Shown here in pieces: positions 1-8,186 of a DNA stretch of 24,698 nt. A program made the translations under genes and the position numbers. The notes beneath the pieces were generated by a model. It did not search any database. It was not told where the DNA came from and saw only the letters and a list, made by a program, of their open reading frames with translations. Each line of letters opens with the position of its first letter. Position 1 is the first letter of the stretch. This DNA is from a virus. Lineage: Duplodnaviria > Caudoviricetes. The stretch is taken from positions 1-24,698 of the IMG/VR virus record IMGVR_UViG_3300042453_001085. The stretch is one strand, 5' to 3'.

Positions 1-180
1 CGGATGCGGGAACCAAGTCGAGAACCCGACAGCCGGGTCATCAAAAGTATGCTGAACGGTGTAATTCACCGTGCCAGTCACCAGAACGCCAAAACCCACA
101 TTAAACGGGGTCACATTGGTGTTCATTACTAGCGATGATGTACTACCAGCGCCAGTCTGCGAAACGATCTGAACTTTCAT
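1..180 (-). CDS. Virion structural protein, partial (runs off the window edge)
   Basis: Not in the ORF track. ATG at 178-180 translates as MKVQIVSQTGAGSTSSLVMNTNVTPFNVGFGVLVTGTVNYTVQHTFDDPAVGFSTWFPHP with no stop. T/V/G-rich and in line with the structural operon. Confidence 0.75.
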   Translation of the reverse strand, partial: MKVQIVSQTGAGSTSSLVMNTNVTPFNVGFGVLVTGTVNYTVQHTFDDPAVGFSTWFPHP

Positions 181-197
181 ATCAGAGCCCCATAGAT

Positions 198-221
198 GAC
201 AGGGAGCCGAAGCTCCCTGCC
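198..221 (-). terminator. cUUCGg-tetraloop hairpin (weak terminator or mRNA stabiliser)
   Basis: Minus strand GGCAGGGAGC-TTCG-GCTCCCTGTC directly after the stop at 226; no U-tract follows. Confidence 0.6.
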
Positions 222-225
222 GTTC

Positions 226-1299
226 TTAACACATACCGCCACGCTTTTTGCCGGGGGTTACTGTGCGACTAATTTCACGCTCAGTCGTCGTTACCGACCG
301 TTGCCCTTTCATACCCTTCTTGAGTGCATCGTAGCCTTGTTTTAGGCGTGATGGCAGCTCTTTCATGGTTTCGATCGGGCTTTTTAAGGCTCGTATTACT
401 GCGGCGCGTTCAGCTTCGTTTTCAGCTCTTTCATCCGAGTAAAACTTATCGTAAGCCTTGCTTTGAGCATCGGTAACAGCATCACCGCCGTCTGAATACT
501 TCTTTACCTTGCCACCCTTTTTATAGGTGCCAGACAGTTGGTTGATGCTGACAGGGGTGGGCGGTTTTTTATGACCCTGCGGCATTTCTACCGCTTTACC
601 TGAATCGTTTACCGATCCACCCCTAGCAAACTTTTTTGGGGCACCGCCCTTCTTGTAGCCGCCACCGTTGCCCTTTTTAACACTACCTGTAGTCGTGTTA
701 ACTACGCCCGGAGGGGTTGTGCTGACGTTGCCCTCAACACCGCCACCTTTGGCGTACTTCGCAACACCACCCTTCTTGTAGCCACCGCCGTTACCCAGCT
801 TCACGCCACCTGTTTTTGCAGGCGAACGATCAGGGTGTGCAGTGTTCATCTTGGTGTTGACGTACTCTTTGGCGCCCTTCTCAGATGCGCTCACAGGAAT
901 GACGCTGCCGCCATCCTTGTAGCCGCCCTGACCCATGGCAACGCCACCTGTTTTCAGACCCTTGTGAGCCTTCGAAGCAGGCATGTCGGCGTGCTTTTTC
1001 AACGCCTCAGGCATACCACCGTCCTTCATGACAGGACGTACAGGCATCTTCGCAGACATCATTGCCTTACGGCGTGATGCCATCGATGGCTTCTTAGGCG
1101 CCGAACCCATCGGCATTGCCGGAGGAACGCCCATAGCTGAAGCAGGCGCAGGCATACCGCCCAAGCCGCCCATCGCCATCTTCTTTGCCTTGGTGGTAGA
1201 GCCACCCTTTTTCATTGCTACGGCACCGCCTTTTTTGAGCTTTAGCTCAACGGTAGGCTCCGTGGTCATCATTTTGACCATAGGTTTGAATTGGCCCAT
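226..1299 (-). CDS. Lys/Gly/Met-rich low-complexity protein with about 14 x-[KAS]-x-GG motifs; likely internal virion or DNA-binding precursor
   Basis: ORF 226..1314; start moved to ATG 1299 (MGQFK), which follows GAGGAGG. Very basic and lies in the structural operon. Confidence 0.75.
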   Translation of the reverse strand: MGQFKPMVKMMTTEPTVELKLKKGGAVAMKKGGSTTKAKKMAMGGLGGMPAPASAMGVPPAMPMGSAPKKPSMASRRKAMMSAKMPVRPVMKDGGMPEALKKHADMPASKAHKGLKTGGVAMGQGGYKDGGSVIPVSASEKGAKEYVNTKMNTAHPDRSPAKTGGVKLGNGGGYKKGGVAKYAKGGGVEGNVSTTPPGVVNTTTGSVKKGNGGGYKKGGAPKKFARGGSVNDSGKAVEMPQGHKKPPTPVSINQLSGTYKKGGKVKKYSDGGDAVTDAQSKAYDKFYSDERAENEAERAAVIRALKSPIETMKELPSRLKQGYDALKKGMKGQRSVTTTEREISRTVTPGKKRGGMC

Positions 1300-1310
1300 G
1301 ATGTGCCTCC

Positions 1311-1760
1311 TCAAACTTTCTGAGCATACACAACGGTCAGACGGACGATCGCCTGAGTTGTGCTGATCGTGCCATTCGGGTCAACAGTGATGACGACAGA
1401 CTGGTTGGTACCAATGTCAGCCATTGCTGCCAATTGAGCGGCGGTAAAGGTTAGTGCGGCGCGACCACCAGCGAAAATGTTGGTCGAGGACACGTACTGT
1501 GTACCCGCCGCAGCAGTTCCGATAGTCATCGCAATCTGTGTCGCGGTGCCACCACCAACAACTTCATCCTGAACCATGTCAACAAAAAATTCGATGATCT
1601 GGGACGAGGCTGGAAGCGTGACAGTTGCACTTGTTGCAGTTCCGGCTGACGCAGTGGTAACGGTCGTTGTCTGACTCAAAACGACAAAACCGCCGTCAGT
1701 TGAATCAGTCAACGTGCCAGAACCGGAGCGCAAGGCAGAACCAAAATAGGTCTGGGCCAT
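1311..1760 (-). CDS. Virion structural protein (T/A/V-rich, beta-type), downstream of the major capsid gene
   Basis: 149-aa ORF with AGGAG RBS; composition and position. Confidence 0.7.
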   Translation of the reverse strand: MAQTYFGSALRSGSGTLTDSTDGGFVVLSQTTTVTTASAGTATSATVTLPASSQIIEFFVDMVQDEVVGGGTATQIAMTIGTAAAGTQYVSSTNIFAGGRAALTFTAAQLAAMADIGTNQSVVITVDPNGTISTTQAIVRLTVVYAQKV

Positions 1761-1778
1761 ATCAATCTCCTGTGAAGA

Positions 1779-1796
1779 GGGAGGCCGAAGCCTCCC
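1779..1796 (-). terminator. cUUCGg hairpin after the major capsid gene
   Basis: GGGAGGC-TTCG-GCCTCCC followed by TCTTC on the minus strand, just after the capsid stop; a typical position for partial termination or stabilisation. Confidence 0.65.
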
Positions 1797-1804
1797 AACC
1801 CATT

Positions 1805-2719
1805 TTAGACGCCGGGAGTGCCGTACATGGCACGCCAGTCGGTGAAGCCAACGTCGTAACGCTCGGTCGCCTTGTAGCGCATCGAGTCAGTTTCGAAGTC
1901 ACCTTCCATGGTCTTCTCCAGACGACGACGCATCAGAAGCTTCATGCCTTCTGGAGCATCAGTCTGAACCCACCATGCGGTCGAAGAAGTCAGACGCGAC
2001 AGAACTGCAGCGCCTTCGTCCAGCAGACCGATCGACTTGATTGGGTTGATGTCGTTGTTGGCGTTGCCAGCACGGAGAACGCTCTTCAGCAGAACTTCTG
2101 CTTGGAAGATGTTGCCCGGAGCAACCACCAACTGACGTGGCACCAGACGGATCTTCTTGCCGTTGTTGTCAACAGCTTGACGGATCTGGATCAACATCTG
2201 TTCCAGCGAAGTCTGCGACAGAACCGCAGCAGTCGCCAGCAGGTTAGATGCTGTACCGTTCACGATCGGGTGAGCATTGCTGTTCAACTGCACGCCATCA
2301 CCGCCGGGATATGCCGAGTTAAACGCACGGTTCAGTACGTTTGCCGACAGAGTCTCCTTGGTCTCGATCAACGACTGCGCCAAGTGACGAGCGTAGACTT
2401 GACCAATGCGGATGTGGTCGCCGTCTTCAACGAGGACTTTGGTCAGGGCAAATGCCAGACCATAGACCTGATAGACGTAGCGCTTGAGGAACAGCACACC
2501 GCCCTGCTGATACGATACTGGCGTACCGTCAGGCAGTTGCGGAGCCGCGCCAAAGCCATACAGAACTGGCTCTTCGTGGTAGTTACGTGGGATGCCTTCC
2601 GATTCACGGAAGACGCGAGACCATTCGTCAGTACGCTGATCGTAGACACCGTCAAAGCACTCATTCAGAATGGGTTCAACGATGCTACGAAAGTCGGTAC
2701 TTCTCATCGGAGCTGCCAT
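1805..2719 (-). CDS. Major capsid protein (HK97 fold, Mu gpT-like family)
   Basis: 304 aa, GGAGG RBS. Motifs include GGDGVQL..NAHP, PRQLVVAP and C-terminal EGDFETDSMRYKATERY..GFTDWRAMYG. Lies after the scaffold and decoration genes. Confidence 0.88.
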   Translation of the reverse strand: MAAPMRSTDFRSIVEPILNECFDGVYDQRTDEWSRVFRESEGIPRNYHEEPVLYGFGAAPQLPDGTPVSYQQGGVLFLKRYVYQVYGLAFALTKVLVEDGDHIRIGQVYARHLAQSLIETKETLSANVLNRAFNSAYPGGDGVQLNSNAHPIVNGTASNLLATAAVLSQTSLEQMLIQIRQAVDNNGKKIRLVPRQLVVAPGNIFQAEVLLKSVLRAGNANNDINPIKSIGLLDEGAAVLSRLTSSTAWWVQTDAPEGMKLLMRRRLEKTMEGDFETDSMRYKATERYDVGFTDWRAMYGTPGV

Positions 2720-2734
2720 GATTAGTACCTCCTA

Positions 2735-3307
2735 TCAGATGGCGTTAGACACAGCAACATACTGATGCTTTGTGATCTGTGCCTGTACGATTACAAAATT
2801 ATCACCCCAAGCATTATCCGCGTACGGAGCAAGGTTGATCACACGCATTTGCGCGTTATTACCAGAGCCCGCAGGAGTGATGCTTAGAGTAGCCTGAGAT
2901 AGACCTGTGGTGGTCGAACCAGCGGTAGTGTTGCTGAGATCGAATTCCTCACCAATTGAAGCTTGCGACAAAGTACCCGCAGCCTGAATCTCGTAAACGA
3001 TGTTCGGGTCGGAGTAGTAGTACGCAACGCACGAACCAGTCTGGTATGCAGTGTTTGCAGGCCAGTAGTTCGAAACGCGACGACGACCAGTGGTGTCAGT
3101 CCACTCGACGCCAGCAAAGGCGCCTTGGAATGCATCACTAGCGCCAGCGACAATAAGGTTGCCACTGGTATTAAGTCTTACAGGCTGACCTTTGAGAATG
3201 TCAGTGTTGTAAGCTGAAGCGATACCGTCAGCCAGCGCGACAGCGCGATCCAGACCACTCGGGTGGAACGCGGGGCGCAGACCGAACGGAGCAGAAGTTG
3301 CAGACAT
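2735..3307 (-). CDS. Putative capsid decoration / minor head protein
   Basis: ORF 2735..3319; start moved to ATG 3307 after GGAG (MSATSAPFGLRP). Immediately upstream of the capsid gene. Confidence 0.65.
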   Translation of the reverse strand: MSATSAPFGLRPAFHPSGLDRAVALADGIASAYNTDILKGQPVRLNTSGNLIVAGASDAFQGAFAGVEWTDTTGRRRVSNYWPANTAYQTGSCVAYYYSDPNIVYEIQAAGTLSQASIGEEFDLSNTTAGSTTTGLSQATLSITPAGSGNNAQMRVINLAPYADNAWGDNFVIVQAQITKHQYVAVSNAI

Positions 3308-3335
3308 AATTTGCTCCAATCGTTAAACAATTGCC

Positions 3336-3878
3336 TTAACCAATAAAAGTTGGCGTTGGCACTTGATCATCTAGTTGCCTAATACCTTCCCCTTCGGTCT
3401 GTCCGAGACTACGTCCCGAACTATCTCTGCCTTGAATGTTTTCTGCCTGTACGCGGATCTTATTCGCCTCTTCCAACGGTGCATCATGGTGGAAGTGCGC
3501 CATAATTTCTTGGTACTGATCCATAGGGATCTTAAACAGCAACATCTCATTGCAAGCGATGTAACCCACATTCTCGCCAGCCTTTACGCGGTAGTTTTCG
3601 TAACCCTTGATGTCGTCAGCCATTACTGGGACGTAACCAAGGCGAACCCGCTTATCGATACTGTCGTATGTGTTTGTCGTAGATAACCAGATAGTGTGCC
3701 ATCCGGGAATCTTGGGGGCATCAGGCAATGCGCTTTGTGTCCATTCGTCTTTCCACATCTTTCGACGCTCTTCTGACGATACGAACTGTTCCTCCGGTGC
3801 CTCACGAATTGGATCGTGACTCACGCGACTTGTTTCGCGTCCACCTGCAGAGAGAGATTTCTTTAAACGAGAATCCAT
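3336..3878 (-). CDS. Head-module hypothetical protein
   Basis: 180-aa ORF with AGGAA RBS, tightly packed between the scaffold and decoration genes. Confidence 0.7.
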   Translation of the reverse strand: MDSRLKKSLSAGGRETSRVSHDPIREAPEEQFVSSEERRKMWKDEWTQSALPDAPKIPGWHTIWLSTTNTYDSIDKRVRLGYVPVMADDIKGYENYRVKAGENVGYIACNEMLLFKIPMDQYQEIMAHFHHDAPLEEANKIRVQAENIQGRDSSGRSLGQTEGEGIRQLDDQVPTPTFIG

Positions 3879-3880
3879 GA

Positions 3881-4891
3881 TTAGTTCCTTCCTTGACGGT
3901 TGCGGGCTTCCATTGCATAGCGCTTGATCATGCGGTTACGTGTTTCTATGTTGTCCCACATGCCGGCATCTTTCATAGCTTTCACCTGATCGGGTGAGAG
4001 GGTAAAGGTATTCCTGCCCCCACTATTACTCGACGCTACTTCGCGACCACCACTAGTTACCACGCTCCGAGGACGGCGTTGAACCGGTTTCTCGTTGCTG
4101 CTTTCAGTATAGCGTTTCGGTAGTCTTTCTGACAAGCGATTGTCAAGCTCTTCCCAATATTCTTGGGTGGCTGGATCCCAGCCCTCTTCCGCCAACTGCT
4201 GGTCAACCGTTAGGGCGATCTTTGAGTCCAGATCACCGCTCTGAGGGTCGTACCATGGATTGGTTTCCATCCACCGGGATGCGTACCGCTGCACCCGCGG
4301 GTCTTGCTTAATCGTCTGCTGGCGCTCAGGCTGAACCATGCGCTGCTTGTAGGACTCCAAGTCCTCCGCCTTGCGCCGTGCCTCAAACCACATCTCCTGA
4401 GCGGAGGTCAGCAACTCGCCGTCACCGTTCTGGGTCGCCTCGGCAATCTTGCGCTTAGCAAACTCAATCCGGTGGTGCTGGTCTTCAATCGCCTTATCCA
4501 GCCGAGCCAACTCACCCGTCGCAGATTTCTTTTCCAAAGTGCTAATGCGCTCCAGAAGCTCTTGGTTTTGTCGATGCAAGTTTTGCAACCTAGCATCTTT
4601 TTCGTTGGAGACCTGACGGTGGTATTCCTTACGAGCCTTGCGCTTTGCCCGCTTAGCCGCACGGATGCGCTCTTGCTCAGGATCGACTTCGCCATTAGCG
4701 TCAATCTCAGCCCGCTCAGCCGCCTCGTCTTCCTCATCGGAGCCGTGATCGTCTTCAACAGCCCCACCTTGCTTCATCAGCTCTTCATCATCCGCCGGCA
4801 AGTCGCCCGGCAGCGTTACCGTCGCCGAACCGTCTTGACCTTCGTTGATCAATAGGTCAGATGTTGCTTTATCGTTAATGTCTGTAGCCAT
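3881..4891 (-). CDS. Putative capsid scaffolding protein
   Basis: 336 aa with an acidic N-terminus, long coiled coil and basic C-terminal helix; lies between portal and capsid. Confidence 0.65.
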   Translation of the reverse strand: MATDINDKATSDLLINEGQDGSATVTLPGDLPADDEELMKQGGAVEDDHGSDEEDEAAERAEIDANGEVDPEQERIRAAKRAKRKARKEYHRQVSNEKDARLQNLHRQNQELLERISTLEKKSATGELARLDKAIEDQHHRIEFAKRKIAEATQNGDGELLTSAQEMWFEARRKAEDLESYKQRMVQPERQQTIKQDPRVQRYASRWMETNPWYDPQSGDLDSKIALTVDQQLAEEGWDPATQEYWEELDNRLSERLPKRYTESSNEKPVQRRPRSVVTSGGREVASSNSGGRNTFTLSPDQVKAMKDAGMWDNIETRNRMIKRYAMEARNRQGRN

Positions 4892-4900
4892 AACGCCCCC

Positions 4901-5338
4901 TTAGATGAAAGCCCGCATTTCCAGCGGATCACCAGTTACTTTTGCGATAACTTCATGGTCGTTCAGGATCATGAATAGCGCCGGATCTTCGAAGTCATCT
5001 TCACCAGTGACTTCAACTTCCCAGCGGTCACCGCCCCACTTCGGAACGCGAATGTAGTCGCCTACCTCGCACCAAGCCCCTTCAGGCCATGGCTCCATCG
5101 TGTCGCGCTTCCTGAATGCCAAAGGGCCAATCATCAGCACCTTGGCAACCATGTTGTTCCACTTCTCGGTCTCTTTGGTCTCTTCAACCAAGATAATCCC
5201 AGCACTGGTTGCTTTCCTCTTGGTACGACGTAGCTGTACCAAAATTCTTGCCCCTAAAGGCTTCGCACCGGGTTCAGCGCTCGGGAATGCCCAAGCTAAA
5301 TCAGCTTCGTTAGAAGCTACCGGTTCATTCATGTTCAT
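4901..5338 (-). CDS. groES: GroES/Cpn10-like co-chaperonin
   Basis: Motifs KPLGARILVQ, mobile loop TSAGIIL, AKVLMIGP, EVGDYI and ILNDHEVIAKV match the GroES fold. Confidence 0.88.
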   Translation of the reverse strand: MNMNEPVASNEADLAWAFPSAEPGAKPLGARILVQLRRTKRKATSAGIILVEETKETEKWNNMVAKVLMIGPLAFRKRDTMEPWPEGAWCEVGDYIRVPKWGGDRWEVEVTGEDDFEDPALFMILNDHEVIAKVTGDPLEMRAFI

Positions 5339-5510
5339 CTTCTTCCCTTAAAAGATTGTTAAGAATATCGAGGGCTTCTTGCAGCCCCCGGTGTTGACCC
5401 ACCAGCCGTTGATATGCCTCAAACGTAACAGCGTTTCCGCTTGCTAAAGCAAAGGCAATCTCGTGCTGACGCGCTTTTACAGCACCAATGAAGTCAGACT
5501 CGTATCTCAT
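5325..5510 (-). CDS. Small helical head-module protein
   Basis: 61 aa with motif YQRLVGQHRGLQEA; translationally coupled to both neighbours. Confidence 0.7.
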   Translation of the reverse strand: MRYESDFIGAVKARQHEIAFALASGNAVTFEAYQRLVGQHRGLQEALDILNNLLREEDEHE

Positions 5511-5686
5511 GCGTTACGCTTGTCTATACCCTTGTTGCTGGAAAAATTGCCATGATCAGAGTTGGCCTTTGGCTGCGTAGCCGAACCCTGCTCTTTAAGT
5601 TCTTGACCAGTGATCCATGCACCAGTCGCATTACGGTGTTGTTGACGAACGGCTTCGGACTGCTCGTCTTTCAAAGTAACGGTCAT
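5507..5686 (-). CDS. Small hypothetical protein (59 aa)
   Basis: Not in the ORF track. AGGAG RBS, then MTVTLKDEQSEAVRQQHRNATGAWITGQELKEQGSATQPKANSDHGNFSSNKGIDKRNA; ATGA overlap with the next gene fills the gap exactly. Confidence 0.75.
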   Translation of the reverse strand: MTVTLKDEQSEAVRQQHRNATGAWITGQELKEQGSATQPKANSDHGNFSSNKGIDKRNA

Positions 5687-5688
5687 GA

Positions 5689-8175
5689 TTAAACTCCTAA
5701 GTTACGTTGTGCTGCTTCCTGCAGCGATAGGGCAGTTTCCTGCTGTTCCTTCTGTAAATGGGCACCCTCAACCGTCAGATCAGCCGCCTTCATGCGCTCT
5801 TTCGTCAGGTTGTTCTCTGTGTTCATCGCCACCTCAGTCTGCAGCTTCTGGGTCTGCAACTGGATGTCTGCCTGATCACGCATCTGGCGACGCTGAGTCT
5901 CAGCCATAGACGCCTGCAAGACCGCCTGCGAATCTGGATCGGCCTGTGTCATCTGCTGCTGGCGCTGCTGCGTCATCTGAGACACGATCTGACCCAACTG
6001 CTGCAGGGCAGGCATCACCTTCTCGAACACCTTCTGCGTATCCATCTTGACGTGCTCGGAGGCCACCGCAATCGTCTGGTCGATCGGCTTGGTCATCTTG
6101 CGCTCGTCGTACTTCTGCAGATTGATGCCAGTATCGCCCGAAGCGTACTCCGTCATCTGATCTTTGTACCAGAGCACCATGTGCTGCTTGATGTGCTCCA
6201 TCTCTTGCGGCAGGCAAGACATGGCAATGATCGGATTGCTGCCTAGCGTTGGGTCTAATGAGAAGTTCAGGTGGCTTTGGATGTGCGCCAAGTGATCTTG
6301 ACCCGGATATGCAAAGGCTGGCTTGCCTAACGCCATTGACATGTTCTCGTCAATCGCATTCATCTCGCCCGGCTTGATCGCTGCAGGCATTAGCTCTGCT
6401 ACGTTCGGCACTTTCATCTGCTTTAACGCACGGGAAACAACAGCTCGGCGGTCAAACAGGTCAGGATTCTGTTGCGACAGCGAAATAACCGCCTGCATCT
6501 GCGCAATACGCTGCGTCTCGCTGAAAATATGCGGGTCAGATACCGGTACAACGTCGGAATTGCGCTGGAAATCCTCTTTTGAGATGGGCAAGTCGGCGAC
6601 AACGTCACCTTTTTGCTGCTCGTCCAGATACCAGCGGTTAATCCGCCCCAAAATCATCAAAACGCGCTTCTGGGACTCGTGCAAACGGGCGTGAATGCTC
6701 GAAAACACCGCGGCGCCCTGCTCAATTAGCGCCTGAGTCGTGCCAACAGGGGCATTTGACGTCACATCGGCGATCTTTTCCTCCGCCGTGGTCACAACAC
6801 CCTTAGCCTGCGTGGTCAACCAGCCCAAAAGCTCGAACAAAACCTGACTTGGCGGGTTAAATGGCAGCGGCATAGCGATCTTGCGAACGTCATCAACGCC
6901 CGGAGCGCCTTCAATCTCGATTACCTGCGTCACATCGATCTGATCAGACTGACCAGAGATCTTCCCGCCCTTCAACTTCATCATCGTGGCGGAGTTATTG
7001 ATGTGCGCTGTGTCCAAAAGCGCCCGCAAAGCACCCGTCAGGGCTGCAGACATGCCGCCAATAATGTGCGGCAGACCCACGGCATAGGCACCGCGCCATG
7101 GAATGAACTTAAACTCGACGATCCAGTCGAGCTTCGTCATCGTCTCGTCACCCTCTTCCCAGTTCCGGTACAGACCCAGCATCTCGTGGTCGTGGGAATC
7201 GATCATCATGATGTACGGCGCCCACTTGCCGCCGCTTCGGGTGTCATCCTCTAGCTCTAACCACGTATAAACGTGATAAACGGTGCGTAGGCCGTCGATA
7301 TTGTCGCTGAGGCTCTTGCCCTCAATCTTGTCGTTCGCCTTCTCTGCGCCGCTCTGCTCGGGTTCTAGGGTGCTTCTGATGAAGGCAACGTCCCGATACA
7401 GTCCGCGGTCGATCCGCTGCTTGAATTCGAAGTCGGTAATCTCGTGAACTTCGGTCACGCGCTGGGCAGTGTAGAAGTTGCCGGCAGCAAATGGCAGGTA
7501 GATGTTGTCGATCGGCACGAACTCAGCGCACGGACGGCGCTTCTTCTCGTCATACCAGAGCTTCAGGTACTGTGAGCCACCCAACGGGAGCTGCGTCAGC
7601 ATCTGTTCCTGCTCGTCGCGGTATTCTTCGATCTGCTCGGTCAACTGCCAGTTCATGTAATCGCGCTTGCGCTCGGCTACTTCCGACTTCTCAGGCGTTA
7701 CTTCGCCCAGAATCTTGGTGCGCGTCGGGCCATCAGGCGGGAACAGCTCTTTAATAGCCCTCGATGCGAAGTCAATACAGGTCTCCACCATGATTGGGTG
7801 CACAACCTTCGAGGCGCCGTTGAAGTTCGCACCACCCGGAGCGTCGTTACCCATACCAGTACGGCGCAGTCCATCCTCATACTGCTTGTCACGCCCCTTG
7901 CGATCCTCTTTGTCCTTGTCGATCAGGTCGAGGTAGCGCATCGCAATGGCGTTCAGATCCATTGGATTCAACTCATCGGCGAGGTTTTGGTAGAAGTCTT
8001 CGTCTTCAGAAGGCGTCTTAAAGCCCTTCTCCATCGACACAACGACGGAACCGTCTGGCAACTCTTCCAGATCGTCCTCATCAATGTCCAACTCCATCTC
8101 AGCACCGCCATCAGGCGTCTGCTTCAAACCACTGATGAATCGCCCGAATTCGGGATCGACAGGCATCTCAGGCAT
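5689..8175 (-). CDS. Portal protein (P22-like, with long Gln-rich C-terminal barrel)
   Basis: 828 aa. Motifs HPIMVETCIDF, LPLGGSQYLKLWYD and APVGTTQALIEQG, plus a Q-rich helical tail; position in the head module. Confidence 0.85.
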   Translation of the reverse strand: MPEMPVDPEFGRFISGLKQTPDGGAEMELDIDEDDLEELPDGSVVVSMEKGFKTPSEDEDFYQNLADELNPMDLNAIAMRYLDLIDKDKEDRKGRDKQYEDGLRRTGMGNDAPGGANFNGASKVVHPIMVETCIDFASRAIKELFPPDGPTRTKILGEVTPEKSEVAERKRDYMNWQLTEQIEEYRDEQEQMLTQLPLGGSQYLKLWYDEKKRRPCAEFVPIDNIYLPFAAGNFYTAQRVTEVHEITDFEFKQRIDRGLYRDVAFIRSTLEPEQSGAEKANDKIEGKSLSDNIDGLRTVYHVYTWLELEDDTRSGGKWAPYIMMIDSHDHEMLGLYRNWEEGDETMTKLDWIVEFKFIPWRGAYAVGLPHIIGGMSAALTGALRALLDTAHINNSATMMKLKGGKISGQSDQIDVTQVIEIEGAPGVDDVRKIAMPLPFNPPSQVLFELLGWLTTQAKGVVTTAEEKIADVTSNAPVGTTQALIEQGAAVFSSIHARLHESQKRVLMILGRINRWYLDEQQKGDVVADLPISKEDFQRNSDVVPVSDPHIFSETQRIAQMQAVISLSQQNPDLFDRRAVVSRALKQMKVPNVAELMPAAIKPGEMNAIDENMSMALGKPAFAYPGQDHLAHIQSHLNFSLDPTLGSNPIIAMSCLPQEMEHIKQHMVLWYKDQMTEYASGDTGINLQKYDERKMTKPIDQTIAVASEHVKMDTQKVFEKVMPALQQLGQIVSQMTQQRQQQMTQADPDSQAVLQASMAETQRRQMRDQADIQLQTQKLQTEVAMNTENNLTKERMKAADLTVEGAHLQKEQQETALSLQEAAQRNLGV

Positions 8176-8186
8176 GATTGTTTCCT

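Noticed and set aside
1667-2725. 352-aa plus-strand ORF, and other long plus-strand ORFs such as 4304..4855, 5758..6246, 13869..14459 and 21793..22497
   Set aside because: They lie antisense to clearly recognisable genes, lack RBSs or motifs, and are expected shadows of codon bias.
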